Of a stretch of 64,000 nucleotides of DNA, positions 29,990 to 40,516 are shown piece by piece. Where the stretch lies: the IMG/VR virus record IMGVR_UViG_3300025902_000018; one strand, given 5' to 3'. Numbering within the stretch: position 1 is the first letter of the stretch; every line of letters starts with the position of its first letter. The translations under genes were made by a program, and so were the position numbers. The notes beneath the pieces were generated by a model. That model was not told the DNA's origin, did not search any database, and was given only the letters and a program-made list of their open reading frames with translations. This DNA comes from an uncultured virus (IMG/VR IMGVR_UViG_3300025902_000018). Taxonomy: Duplodnaviria > Heunggongvirae > Uroviricota > Caudoviricetes.

Positions 29990-30781
29990 ATGAACCAGCA
30001 AGAAGCCAAAGCAACGTTAACCGTAGAAGTACACCGGCAAGTTGCCATGATGGAAGAATATGCTAAGGATAAGTACGGTATCCCCGACTTTAAAGTAGAC
30101 GTTGAACTTAAGTTTAACACCTACAAGTCATGGGGTGGTACTCATAATGGAGGTGTCCCGTTCGTTCAACTAGGGATGCAGTGGTACATGTTAGCGGTTC
30201 CCACTGATGGGAATTGTGATTTCCCGGAATATCCCAGTTTTGCTTTTGATAAAGTGATTGGCTCCTTAGTAAACGTACACTGGAAAAAGTCGTTATCCGC
30301 ATTAGTAGCCCATGAGATAGCCCACGCCATTCAATTTGTTTCCCCATTACAAGTTGCCGACATCTTGTTTTCTTCCCGGTCTGAAGTAAACAGAAAAGAT
30401 CTTCGTGGGCATAAGAAACTGTGGAGAAACATTTATAAGGATCTTCGGATTCAATTCGTAAACTCTACTGCTAAACCGGCAAATCAGGCTAAGACCAGCC
30501 TAGTTACCGTTGAACAACCCGTGGAAAAGGTTGTAGCCAAACCAGAAGTGAAGGTGGTTGTGAACACCACTAAGTCTTGGACCACCAACAAATATCGGAA
30601 GGATGGTGGGGTTGTGGTGGAGTACCTCCATATCGGAACCGGAAACGTGATGCTTAAACTGTTCGACCGTCAGAATGAACCCGTTTTAATCTTTAATCCC
30701 AACACCAACAAGTGGGAAAATTCCGGATCTACCTCCAGAGTGGAAGTGCGTAACCGGATGTTGAAACTTTCTGCTAAGTAG
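29990..30781 (+). CDS. SprT-like Zn metalloprotease
   Basis: LVAHEIAHAIQ...RGHKKLWRNIY. Confidence 0.65.
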   Translation: MNQQEAKATLTVEVHRQVAMMEEYAKDKYGIPDFKVDVELKFNTYKSWGGTHNGGVPFVQLGMQWYMLAVPTDGNCDFPEYPSFAFDKVIGSLVNVHWKKSLSALVAHEIAHAIQFVSPLQVADILFSSRSEVNRKDLRGHKKLWRNIYKDLRIQFVNSTAKPANQAKTSLVTVEQPVEKVVAKPEVKVVVNTTKSWTTNKYRKDGGVVVEYLHIGTGNVMLKLFDRQNEPVLIFNPNTNKWENSGSTSRVEVRNRMLKLSAK

Positions 30782-30791
30782 GATAATCCCA

Positions 30792-32066
30792 ATGACCAAC
30801 GTGTATGAAATTCTCCGGGAACTTGAAGAGACTACTAAACGGACAAAGAAGTTAGAGATTCTAAATCGTCATAAAGACAACCCTCAACTCAAGAGGGTAT
30901 TCTACCTAACCTTGCATCCTAAGTTTAACTTTGGTATTGAACATTTTGACGATATCATTTACACCCGGGGTGATACAGACTTAGAAACAGCATTAGAGTT
31001 CTTAGAGAACAAACTGGCAACTCGGGAAGTTACCGGTAATGAAGCTAAGAATCAGCTTATGTCCGTTATTGAAAAACTAACCGTAATGGATCAACAGATT
31101 GTCTTGGATATCCTTTCTCGGAACTTACGAGTAGGAGTTTCCACCTCTACGGTAAATAAGGTATGGCCAGGTCTAATTGAAACTTGTGACTTCATGCTGG
31201 CTAAAAGTGATGCTGGTGGACTTATCTTCCCAGATGTAGTCTGTCAAGTTAAGTATGATGGTATGCGAGTACACGCAACCCTGGAAGGGGATTCAGTAGT
31301 CTTTCAGACTAGGAATTCTTCCAAGTTTACCGCCCCTGACCATCTAATCCCTGAAATAAAACAGATCATTAAGGCTGGTGAATTTATTGATGGAGAGCTG
31401 GTTTGCTTTACTAAAGATAATCTTCATGAAGACCGCCAGACTGGAAATGGCATTCTTAATAAGTTGATTCAGGGGACCTATTCCCCAGAAGAGACTGCTA
31501 CAGTCCACTTCATTGTCTGGGATGTGGTTAACAGGAATGAACGTATCCCCTATGCAACTAGGCTGTATGATTTGAATAAACGAATGGATAAAACTGAAGA
31601 ACCCTTAGAGTTTATCCATCCTGTTGAACAGAAGATGACAAACACCCCAGAACAACTCACAGAGTACTTTAACCTCCAGCTAGAGAAAGGACGAGAAGGG
31701 ATTGTCGCTAAGAACATGTTCCATCTCTGGCAACCTAAACGGTCTCCTGATTGGGTAAAGTTTAAAGCCATTAAGACTGCTGATCTCCGAGTGGTTCAAA
31801 TCATTCCAGGGAAAGGCAAATATACCGGGATGATGGGAGCTTTGGAGATTGCCAGTGATGATGGAGCTGTTAAAACCTCAGTAGGTACTGGATTTTCTGA
31901 TGCCCAACGAGAACTGTTAAATAGTTCTAGGATCATTGGCCAGATTGTAGAGGTAGCCTATAACAGCATTATCCACAATAAAGATTCTACCACCTCCCTT
32001 TATCTCCCTAGGTTCATTAAGTTTCGTACCGATAAATCAACTACCACGACGAAAAGTGAGTTTTAA
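30792..32066 (+). CDS. lig: ATP-dependent DNA ligase (gp30-like)
   Basis: KYDGMR, IDGEL, EGIVAK, KRSPDWVKFK, VGTGFSD, LYLPRF. Confidence 0.95.
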   Translation: MTNVYEILRELEETTKRTKKLEILNRHKDNPQLKRVFYLTLHPKFNFGIEHFDDIIYTRGDTDLETALEFLENKLATREVTGNEAKNQLMSVIEKLTVMDQQIVLDILSRNLRVGVSTSTVNKVWPGLIETCDFMLAKSDAGGLIFPDVVCQVKYDGMRVHATLEGDSVVFQTRNSSKFTAPDHLIPEIKQIIKAGEFIDGELVCFTKDNLHEDRQTGNGILNKLIQGTYSPEETATVHFIVWDVVNRNERIPYATRLYDLNKRMDKTEEPLEFIHPVEQKMTNTPEQLTEYFNLQLEKGREGIVAKNMFHLWQPKRSPDWVKFKAIKTADLRVVQIIPGKGKYTGMMGALEIASDDGAVKTSVGTGFSDAQRELLNSSRIIGQIVEVAYNSIIHNKDSTTSLYLPRFIKFRTDKSTTTTKSEF

Positions 32067-32295
32067 CCCCATGAAAGGCATTTTAGAATTTACACTTCCT
32101 GAAGAATCTGAAGAATTTGAATTAGCCTCAAAGGCAGTCAGCCTTCTAACCGCTTTAAATGAATTTGATTATTACCTTAGGAATTTGATCAAGCATGGCC
32201 ATAACTTTACTGGGATCGAGCAAGCGTTGGATTCGGTTCACCGACAGTTCTGGTCACTTATAGAACAGAATTCACTCTCTGATGTGGTTTAGGAC

Positions 32296-32556
32296 ATGGC
32301 CGCTAAAAATGATATCACTGGAGAGGCTATCATCTCTAAACCTCCCAGTGAACTTTACCGGAAGAACTGGGATCTCATCTTTGGCTGGAAGGCTATCTCA
32401 GAAGAACTACCTCCCCCAGGAGAAGATGTGGTAGTGAAGAGTTCATCAGGTGACACCTACGAGGCCTACCTGTGCCCCTGTTGCAAGAGTGAGTGGCGGG
32501 ATCCATTCACTGGTTCACACCTCACCTTGTCCGTAACTCACTGGAAACCTCTTTGA
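32296..32556 (+). CDS. DUF551-like small protein
   Basis: WKAISEELP...VTHWKPL. Confidence 0.55.
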   Translation: MAAKNDITGEAIISKPPSELYRKNWDLIFGWKAISEELPPPGEDVVVKSSSGDTYEAYLCPCCKSEWRDPFTGSHLTLSVTHWKPL

Positions 32557-32906
32557 TGAATGCCTACCTGGTAGATTGCTTCACAGACTTAGAAAGTCCT
32601 GTTCTCCAGTTCTACCTCTTTGCGGACTCTTTTCAGGAAGCAATAGACCGTGTTGCTCACCGAAAGGATTTAATTATCCTGAAAGAACTTCAAATCTTTC
32701 AGGATCCAAAGACTTTCCAAATTCCTACCTTAGCTACTTTCTATTTCATGGTTTCATCAAAAGATCAAACTGAACATCAGATAGGAGTCCTAGCAGAAAA
32801 TGTCGGAATTGCATTTTCTTTAGTTGTTGATAGCCTAGATGCTAAGACAAAGCTAACCGGGTTCTCCTTAGGAGAACAACGACTTGCCCCTTTCATTTCA
32901 ACCTAA
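32556..32906 (+). CDS. Hypothetical, paralog of next gene
   Basis: MNAYLVDCF...FYLFADSFQEA...FQDP.T...IGVLAENVGIAFS. Confidence 0.65.
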   Translation: MNAYLVDCFTDLESPVLQFYLFADSFQEAIDRVAHRKDLIILKELQIFQDPKTFQIPTLATFYFMVSSKDQTEHQIGVLAENVGIAFSLVVDSLDAKTKLTGFSLGEQRLAPFIST

Positions 32907-32923
32907 GTTGTGGAGAGTGATTC

Positions 32924-33280
32924 TTGAACGCCTATATCATTGAAGATTTCTACAGTGAACTTCCGTACACTCCTTTCTACCTCTTTGCAGAGTCCTTGCA
33001 AGATGCCTTTGCTAAGATTTCCCGAAAAAATGATCTAGTAAGCATCAAAGAGATTCCCCTCTTTCAAGATCCGGAAACCATTGAGACTCCTAAGCTAGGA
33101 GTCTACTACTTCGAGGTCATTCCCTCTATTGAGTTTAAGATACCACAACGAACTATTGGAGTTCTAGCAGAGAGTGTGGAGATTGCCTTTTCCATCATCA
33201 CTGAGTGTTTGGATGAAGATTCTAAGGTGATAGAGTTTTCTTTAGGGGATGGTCGGGTTTCCCCTTATCCCAGTTTCTAA
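32924..33280 (+). CDS. Hypothetical, tandem paralog
   Basis: MNAYIIEDF...FYLFAESLQDA...FQDPET...IGVLAESVEIAFS. Confidence 0.65.
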   Translation: MNAYIIEDFYSELPYTPFYLFAESLQDAFAKISRKNDLVSIKEIPLFQDPETIETPKLGVYYFEVIPSIEFKIPQRTIGVLAESVEIAFSIITECLDEDSKVIEFSLGDGRVSPYPSF

Positions 33281-33296
33281 GTCAGAGGAGAGTTTT

Positions 33297-33755
33297 ATGA
33301 ATGAGAGTTTTATGGATGTTTTTGTTGGCCACATGGTAACCAAGAATCAACCTACATCAGATGTAGTTCCAGTTGAGTTCTACGCCGTTGCTCCAGATCT
33401 TTCAACTGCATTAAAGATCATGCACTGTCAGGAACCAAATTTTCAGGTAATGCAAATTGATCGGTTTGACTACATTCCGGTAGTGTCTCCCACGTTATCT
33501 CTTCAAGGCATTTCTAAACCTGTAATTACTGCTGGATTCGTAATTAGGGTTCGAGTTGAGTTGTTTGCTGAGATTCAAGAACACTCAGAACAAGTAGACC
33601 ATATCTACCGGGCATTCTTCGTTATAGCAGAAGGAGACCAAGAAGCACTCTTTGAGTTGAATCGGGTTCTAACAGAACGATATCAGGTTCGTGATGTGAC
33701 CGTGATTGGCCTAGACCGAGTAGGTCCAGAATACAAAATTTTCATTCATTCTTAA
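33297..33755 (+). CDS. Hypothetical protein
   Basis: GAGGAG RBS, 152 aa. Confidence 0.6.
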   Translation: MNESFMDVFVGHMVTKNQPTSDVVPVEFYAVAPDLSTALKIMHCQEPNFQVMQIDRFDYIPVVSPTLSLQGISKPVITAGFVIRVRVELFAEIQEHSEQVDHIYRAFFVIAEGDQEALFELNRVLTERYQVRDVTVIGLDRVGPEYKIFIHS

Positions 33756-34012
33756 GGGGAACAGACATGTGGATTTGGTTTTGAATGTGGTTGATTGTAG
33801 AGGCTATCTTCATTCTGATGCTTACTCCAGATCAGTTCAAGAGTTTCTTCATTTCTAGGCAAGGAGTTTGGGAGCTCATGAAATTCATGCCAGTTCGGTT
33901 TATGCTTTGGCCATTCTTGCTGGTGGCAATGGCCGTTGAGATAATTGAGGCCATTCAAGACATCAATAGGCTTCATGTTTGGTGGTTTGACGAAGAAAAC
34001 TTTAAACCATGA

Positions 34013-34043
34013 AGAAAGGGGGCTTAATCGCCCCTTTCATTTT
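34013..34043. terminator. Bidirectional terminator
   Basis: gaaagggggc-ttaatc-gcccctttc between convergent genes. Confidence 0.65.
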
Positions 34044-34053
34044 GGAAGGATTG

Positions 34054-35259
34054 TCAAGGGTGAATTAAACCGTCTAACTTAGGAAAAAGTTTATTGAATT
34101 TGGCTAAGAAAGACTCAGTTTCAATATCTTCCCGTACTTTGATTAGAGCACTGACCAACTGAGGTTTACTGTAAATTTCTTTAATGGTTGGTGAAACGGT
34201 TTTAAACTCTGAAAAATTTATAGGAAGTTTTAAGGAATCCAACATGGTTCTGATGGTATAAGTAAAAACACTCAATTCTGTATCAGATAGAGTTTGTTTT
34301 CTTATCAGTTCATTAAGTTTATTTAGAACAGTTTTGATTTTATTAGGTTTATCATTATCGGTTTCATTGGTTTTAGAATCCTTATAGAGAAGGAATAATT
34401 TTCTTAGGTAATCTTGTTTGTAAAGCTCTGGATCGCCAGCAATGGCAACTATACCAAAGAACCGTTGTATGCTTTTAATGATGTTAGATTTTTTTCCTGG
34501 GAGGTAGTTACTTCCCCCTATAATCCTAAACTCTAAGACAGGATCATATCCTGTCTTAGGAGTAACCCACTTTATAAAGTTTATAGCTTGTTTTTTGTTG
34601 GCGGTATTTAAGAATTTAGAAAAATCAATGTTATTAAAGGTATTTAGATTTTTTTGAATTATTTTTATAGCTTCACCATTTATTGTCGAGGCATCTTTTA
34701 TGGATGTTAGTAGAGAGACCGTATATTCATTGTTTTCTCTTCCATAGGTTTTTAACTCTTCATCATCTTTAGTTAGGATTGTTATTTTTAACAAGTCTAA
34801 ATTTCTAGTTGTTTTGAAGCCAATATTGGAGTGCATTGAACACTCATCATTGGTTATCACTTTCTTCCGGGCAAATAGGTCACTGATAAAATCTATAGAT
34901 TGAACAAGTTGATTAGATGGGATAGCCCTTGTGATAAACTCTACCGACTTATAATTTTCGAACCCATCTTCTCTGTAAATTTCATTTAAGGATGAATCTG
35001 AAGTTATATACCAGATAGCTTTATTCTTTGTCGAATCTTCTTTAGGATTTAGGATTACCTTTATTGGAGTACTTTCAAACACTGAGCCTTTAAACTCATT
35101 TTCTAGATCCTTAGCTATTACTTTAAAACTATCTTCTTCATACTCTATAGTTTTTGAAATTTTAAGAATTTGTGTTCTGTCCGTATTCCAGGAATATACC
35201 GGCATAGTCTCAAGCTGATATTTTTTATCAACTTCAACTATAGTTGGACTTTTATAGAA
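34054..35259 (-). pseudogene. Amidoligase-like protein, 3' part (5' part at 37091-37210), interrupted by the IS element
   Basis: DSSL, VEFIT, CSMHSNIG, LEFRIIGG; paralogous to 37318-39417; frame open upstream of ATG 35205 up to the IS end. Confidence 0.75.
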
Positions 35260-35319
35260 GTTCGAGCGCAGAAAACCGCGCTCTCTTTAGGAGCGTCGGA
35301 TGAATGCGCTCCAGATCTA

Positions 35320-35715
35320 TTAACCTTGGGATTCAATATATTGTCTAACCGTTTCTTGACTAGCATTTCCAATACTCGCAACAAAGTAACCATCTGACCA
35401 AAACGTATGTTCTTTCCAAAAATGCTTACTAAGATAAGCAGAATTGTTAATCCATATTCTATGAGTTGACATAGATTTAAGACGTTTAACAATAGATAAT
35501 GGAGATAGTTTTGGAACTGAGTTAATTAACATGTGGATATGGTCAACATCTACTTCCATAGTCTCAATAGAGAAATCAGATTCAGCAGCTATATCCATGA
35601 TGATAGATTTAACATCGTCTCCTAATTTAACTAAGAGCTTCTTACGATACTTAACCACAAATATTGTGTGAAATAATAGTAAGAACTTAGAATGGTTTAA
35701 CGTGCGATATTCCAT
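35320..35715 (-). CDS. tnpA: Y1 HUH transposase
   Basis: HTIFVVKYR, DHIHML, LKSMST, FWSDGYF, VRQYIESQ. Confidence 0.95.
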   Translation of the reverse strand: MEYRTLNHSKFLLLFHTIFVVKYRKKLLVKLGDDVKSIIMDIAAESDFSIETMEVDVDHIHMLINSVPKLSPLSIVKRLKSMSTHRIWINNSAYLSKHFWKEHTFWSDGYFVASIGNASQETVRQYIESQG

Positions 35716-36830
35716 ACCGACCTATTCTCCCATTCGCCACTTCTAAAGAAACTCTTACCATGTAATCTAGTTCCACCATAAGGCGCAGTATTACATTTGT
35801 ATCTTTCAGATCTTCCATTATCGATGTAAATCCACTGTTTAGGATGGTTGCTATGAATACCTTCAGGCTTTACTCGGCATACGTTTCTCTTACCTAACTT
35901 AGTAATAATCTGTTTAATTCCACCTTTTAACTTGATATAATAGTTAGCACCTTCTGGACGTTTGTTAGACTTGTACAAAGCTCTAATTCTAGTCAGGCAT
36001 CTTCTGACTTTAACTATCTTTTCAATGAAAGTTACTTTTCTATTAATATCAAGTTCGTTAGTAATAATAGGTTGATCTTCAAATATCTCACCAGTATTAA
36101 TATCAAATACATTAGATTTGTTACATGCTAGTACAAAGCTATCAATACAATGAGCTTCAAAGGTTTCAGAATCTTTAGCTTTAGATTTTAAATCAACTCC
36201 AAAGCTATTAACTCTGAGTTTTTTAGTATTGAAACCGTCATAAGTTTCTAGCTGAATTCCTAGAGATCTGATAAACCTATATAACTCTTGTTTACCTTGT
36301 TCAACTAAACTAAAAGCTCTACCATCAGTATTAGCATAGTGATTGAATTTAACATCTTCAACTACAATCTTAGATATAGGATATATTTTAATTAGCTTAG
36401 ATATTACCCATTTACGGAAGTCAACATTAGCTTTAATCGTTGGAGCTAGTTTTTTAGATGTTCTATAGTCAAAACGTATTCTACGATGTCTTAACCTACA
36501 ACGTCTTACCCGACGGTTAGATGCTTGACGAGCTTTAAATGTCTTGATGGCATTCTTACCTTTCTTAGGACGTTGAATAAGTTCTATATTAACATGATGA
36601 CATTTAGAACTTACAACTGATATACCGTCAAACGTAGAACCTGGATCAAGTCCAAGGTGAACTTCTTGAGTATCTTCACCTGACGGATCAACTAAAAGTT
36701 GAAGATAATGGATTCGTAACTTCCTATCGTAACGAATACGACCTTTACCGGAGTCTATGAACTTCTTAACTCTGGAAGACTTCATAGGCATTAAAGGTTT
36801 GCCTTGATAACGAACTGGACATCTGTGCAT
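35697..36830 (-). CDS. isrB: IsrB (PLMP + split RuvC, no HNH)
   Basis: GKPLMP, LGLDPG, Arg-rich bridge helix, VVEDVKF, HCIDS; no room for an HNH domain between RuvC II and III. Confidence 0.85.
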   Translation of the reverse strand: MHRCPVRYQGKPLMPMKSSRVKKFIDSGKGRIRYDRKLRIHYLQLLVDPSGEDTQEVHLGLDPGSTFDGISVVSSKCHHVNIELIQRPKKGKNAIKTFKARQASNRRVRRCRLRHRRIRFDYRTSKKLAPTIKANVDFRKWVISKLIKIYPISKIVVEDVKFNHYANTDGRAFSLVEQGKQELYRFIRSLGIQLETYDGFNTKKLRVNSFGVDLKSKAKDSETFEAHCIDSFVLACNKSNVFDINTGEIFEDQPIITNELDINRKVTFIEKIVKVRRCLTRIRALYKSNKRPEGANYYIKLKGGIKQIITKLGKRNVCRVKPEGIHSNHPKQWIYIDNGRSERYKCNTAPYGGTRLHGKSFFRSGEWENRSVWNIAR

Positions 36831-36834
36831 ATGG

Positions 36835-37090
36835 ATATAACCCCATAATGGAAACGTTGTTAAACTTCCCTCGACGTTGGCATCGGCTTAGGATATTAGG
36901 ACTGGGAATGTACCCTAACGCTCTCAGAGAATATTAACGTTAACTATTCTCACCGTATACCGGCTCCTACCTGATGGTAGGCGTCTTATCAACTACTAAA
37001 TTAGATAATCTCTGTTAAGAGGTCTCTAATGACCTAAATAGTCTTTTGAACTACTCAAGCCGCGCTGTCTTTAGCAGCGCGGTAGTTGAC
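36835..37090 (-). ncRNA. IsrB omegaRNA scaffold
   Basis: About 255 nt non-coding upstream of isrB, starting gtcaactaccgcgctgctaaagacagcgcggcttg. Confidence 0.7.
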
Positions 37091-37210
37091 CTTCTTTCCA
37101 GATTTAAATGATAGGAGAGGGGATCCTTTCATTAGACTAGCTATGTCTTTATCGAATTTTTCACCATATTTGGCTTCCGATAAAGCTCGTTTAAACGTAA
37201 TCAATTTCAT
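37091..37210 (-). pseudogene. 5' 40 codons of the IS-interrupted amidoligase-like gene
   Basis: MKLITFKRALSEAKYGEKFDKDIASLMKGSPLLSFKSGKK. Confidence 0.7.
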
Positions 37211-37317
37211 GAGATTCATAAGTCCTTTGTTTAGAAAAAATTTTCAGATGCTCAGACAAAAAATTACACTTTTTAAGACATTAGAACTTCATCCTGCATC
37301 TTCTTTGATCCAAAAAA

Positions 37318-39417
37318 CTACTTTTCTAAGCCATAGAAGTACCTATTAAACTCAATGGCATGTCTCGTACCTTTAAGTTCTTCTCGAATCTGTTTAAGAA
37401 ACTCTTTAAGCTGACTATTCCGGTAGATGCGTTTGATGACAGAGGATGTCAACTTTCTAAAATCCCCCGAGTCAACCTTGTAAGAAGGAATCTTAATGAG
37501 TTGTCTAATGACCTTATTGAATTCAAGTAATTCAGCATCTCCTAGTTTCAGTTTAGGATCCTTCCACCGGTCTACTAGATTAGTAATTTCTTCAATTTGC
37601 CTAGAAAGGTCAAAAACGACATCTTTGCTCTGGGCAGCAAGATCTTGAACCTCCTTATCACTGGATTTCTTCCCTACAGTCTCAGTATCTTGAATAATCC
37701 TGGGGTAGAAGTACCGTGTCATCACAGCAAGGTCTTTCTTAGACCCACTCTCTTTGAGTTCATCCTTGATCTTCTCCAATGAATCCTTTAACTGTTTATT
37801 CTTTAAGATTTCTTTAATAGCTGGATTGATAAGAGTTTTAAACAGTTTGAAGGGAACCCGTTCTACTGACAATCTAATGATTTCTAGAATTTCATCTCGA
37901 AAATCTTCTAGATTGTATTGATTGAGTTCTACGTCTTTCTCATTCCATAACTTTACTCTACTGAACATGTTCTTAAATGCGGACTCCAGGGCTTCAACAC
38001 TCCAGTACTCATTGTCTTCCTTATCATACTTTCCCTGAGATTTTTCTGAAATCCTCAAAAGTCGGGTAATGTACTCCCTCTTGTAGAGTTCACTATTTCC
38101 TGCTACCGCCATGATATAAAAGAATCTATTCGATCTATGGATGATCTTGGCAGCATCTTTAAGGTAGTCCTTTCCACCCATTATCCTAAATTCGAGTACT
38201 GGCTTTAGCCCAGGAAATGGTTGTACCCACTTCTTAAAGTTGACAGCAACATACTTAGATTTGGTATCTACAGGAAACGCTTTATCCTTATTGAACGCCT
38301 TAATCTGTTCCCAAAGGATTTTGATAGATCTTTCATTGGTGACAGACACTCGTTTATTTTCAACCAAGGTTTGAATCTGAGACCTACAATATTGATTATT
38401 CGCCCTATCAAACAATTTCAGTTCATAATCATCTGCGGTTAAGACTACAATCTTTAACAGGTCTATATCCGTAGGAGAGTTAAAGCCGATATTTAAATGG
38501 AGTCCTGTCTTTCCAGTTGTCTTTACCCCTAACCTGTCAAATAAAGAACTCATGAACTGAATGGCTTTACCTAACTGGGCAAAAGGAATCCGACTTGAAA
38601 CTATCTCTACTGGAATATAATTAGGGAATATCTCAGTTAGTGATCCATCTCCAGTAACATTCCAGACAGATCCATTAAACTCAGCATCTTTTTCCTTAGT
38701 TAAATGTACTTGAATTTTATCCGAAGTAAAAGGTGACTTTAAGAAATGTCTATAAAGGTCTGAAGCTACAAAGTCAAGAGAATATTCCCCTCCTTGTTCT
38801 CTTAAGATAAATTTATTGTCCTTAGAGAAAAAACTAAGCCTAGAAAGTTCTAAATCAAATTTGTCTATGACTCTTTTCCAGGTTTCAAAACCTGGTTGTT
38901 TGATGTAAGCATTCTTAACTTGATTTAATGACCTTGAGCCTAATATATTTTCAAGGTTATTAAAAGTATTTTCGAGAGATCTAATTCCCCACTTTCTGTC
39001 AAGGACATGATCAGATATTGCATCAAAAGCAAATTGTTTAACATCACTATCTAATTCTAGATGTTCTAAATAAGATTCCATGAAATCAAACAAATCTTTC
39101 CAAACAGCTTCTAAATTTGAGAATACAGTAAGCTCTTCAATTTTTAGAAGTGTCTCTACGGAGAAGGGAGTAGATAGTTCTAAAAGTTTAATCTTATTTG
39201 AGTTGATGGGGTAGTAGCATTCAAACTCAAACACCCCGAACATATCTTCCAATCCGTCAGAGACTATCTTCCCGATATCTATTTCTCCTGAGTCTTCTGG
39301 TTCTCCTTTAACAAACTTAACTACTGGGTTCTTAGCAACCAACTTACCCGTCTTAAATAGGATGTTGGAGTCATTGTCTAAACTCAATCCTTTCTTGACT
39401 TCTTGAATGTTTCGCAT
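37318..39417 (-). CDS. Amidoligase-like protein
   Basis: FEFECY, DGSL, VEIVS, TGLHLNIG, KYVAVNF, LEFRIMGG. Confidence 0.7.
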   Translation of the reverse strand: MRNIQEVKKGLSLDNDSNILFKTGKLVAKNPVVKFVKGEPEDSGEIDIGKIVSDGLEDMFGVFEFECYYPINSNKIKLLELSTPFSVETLLKIEELTVFSNLEAVWKDLFDFMESYLEHLELDSDVKQFAFDAISDHVLDRKWGIRSLENTFNNLENILGSRSLNQVKNAYIKQPGFETWKRVIDKFDLELSRLSFFSKDNKFILREQGGEYSLDFVASDLYRHFLKSPFTSDKIQVHLTKEKDAEFNGSVWNVTGDGSLTEIFPNYIPVEIVSSRIPFAQLGKAIQFMSSLFDRLGVKTTGKTGLHLNIGFNSPTDIDLLKIVVLTADDYELKLFDRANNQYCRSQIQTLVENKRVSVTNERSIKILWEQIKAFNKDKAFPVDTKSKYVAVNFKKWVQPFPGLKPVLEFRIMGGKDYLKDAAKIIHRSNRFFYIMAVAGNSELYKREYITRLLRISEKSQGKYDKEDNEYWSVEALESAFKNMFSRVKLWNEKDVELNQYNLEDFRDEILEIIRLSVERVPFKLFKTLINPAIKEILKNKQLKDSLEKIKDELKESGSKKDLAVMTRYFYPRIIQDTETVGKKSSDKEVQDLAAQSKDVVFDLSRQIEEITNLVDRWKDPKLKLGDAELLEFNKVIRQLIKIPSYKVDSGDFRKLTSSVIKRIYRNSQLKEFLKQIREELKGTRHAIEFNRYFYGLEK

Positions 39418-39454
39418 AGGTGTAATCCTTAGAATTTTTACTTATTTATTTTTG

Positions 39455-39708
39455 AATTTCAAGCGAGAAAACTACGATGTCTTTAGCATCCTAAGATGAA
39501 TCGTCTGACTAAATAGGGATAAACTATCCAACATTAGACCAGAGACAATTTCTAAATCAAGAAATCGGGAATCAACGATTCCTATGGAACAAACTTCTGG
39601 TCAAGTCTACTGAACGGTATGAGGAAGAAAAGAAATTCATTTTCTACAATGAAGCAGCGTCCATGCTTCCTGACCTAAAAGAAACCTTCGTGTTCTTGAA
39701 GATTGGTG
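39455..39708 (+). pseudogene. Decayed left end and 5' tnpB remnant of the 7389-8675 element
   Basis: Near-identical to 7385-7680 with deletion of the start-codon region. Confidence 0.85.
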
Positions 39709-39826
39709 GTTTTTCCCGATAACCCTAGGCTTGGGCAAGTGTCTAATCAGAACGGAATCGATTATGTCTTTCTGCCTAAGAAAGGCTGGATTGAAGTTTC
39801 TGAACTCTCCTTCTTTTGAGGTTGAT

Positions 39827-40117
39827 ATGAAACAAGCACTGAAACTTCTTCGAGAACTTCTGATCAAAAATGCCCAGGATCAAATGAAGTTCTGCCCACA
39901 ATACCGAAACTACTTTGATGATTGGGTTCTAGTAAAGGTCACCAAGGAGATTAAGACTAAACTAGGTCTAGCCTTTGATGAAGATGAGATTTCTATTGCT
40001 AGACCTAATTCCATGTTTCCTATTGACTTCAATGGCATGGATTTCACCTCTGTTTGGTCTTTTAAGACCCAAATCACCACTTCAGTTCCTTCTAAGAATG
40101 TAACTTTCATTGATTAG
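39827..40117 (+). CDS. Hypothetical, paralog of 41698-42027
   Basis: FDDWVLVKVTKEIKTKLGLAFD...VWSFK vs FDHWILVQINEPMKTKVGLSFD...VWSFK. Confidence 0.65.
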   Translation: MKQALKLLRELLIKNAQDQMKFCPQYRNYFDDWVLVKVTKEIKTKLGLAFDEDEISIARPNSMFPIDFNGMDFTSVWSFKTQITTSVPSKNVTFID

Positions 40118-40458
40118 GGGGTGTTCATGTACAGAAACTTAGATCAACTTAAACTGCAAATTCGTGAACAAGTGTTAAAATTCAGAAAAACAGTTAGGGC
40201 CCAATGTCCACCTGATGAACAGACAGCATTCGACAACTGGTTCTGGAAGATGGTTCCCTTAATTCAAGTAGACCTTATCCCCTACTCCAATTCCATTAGA
40301 GTCTATGACACGACTCCCCCTGATGAAAAACTGAAGGTAACTTCAGGATAAGACGAGTAAGATCAGTAAGTTAAATGGAAATATGGAATTCTAGGACCTT
40401 TTAACCTGAAAGGTGTACCTATGTAGTCAATCTACCGTTTTTTTGAACAAAATTACGG

Positions 40459-40516
40459 TAAGTGATTGATACAGTTATGAAAAGTCATTTAAGTGAATAA
40501 ACGTAAGTCATTGATT
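40459..40516. promoter_or_regulatory. Two IHF-consensus sites
   Basis: TAAGTGATTGATA (40459) and TAAGTCATTGATT (40504) match YAANNNNTTGATW. Confidence 0.5.

Larger units (their letters stand above)
35260..37090 (-). mobile_element. Autonomous IS200/IS605 element: omegaRNA-isrB-tnpA
   Basis: End hairpins ccgcgctc-tctttag-gagcgtcgg and ccgcgctg-tctttag-cagcgcgg-tagttgac; removing 1831 nt restores the host gene frame. Confidence 0.88.

Noticed and set aside
35697..36830. IscB or Cas9
   Set aside because: No HNH domain between RuvC II and III and only 377 aa; fits IsrB
35260..37090. IStron (self-splicing intron rescuing the interrupted gene)
   Set aside because: Element length is accounted for by omegaRNA, isrB, tnpA and a ~60-nt end; no room for a group I core
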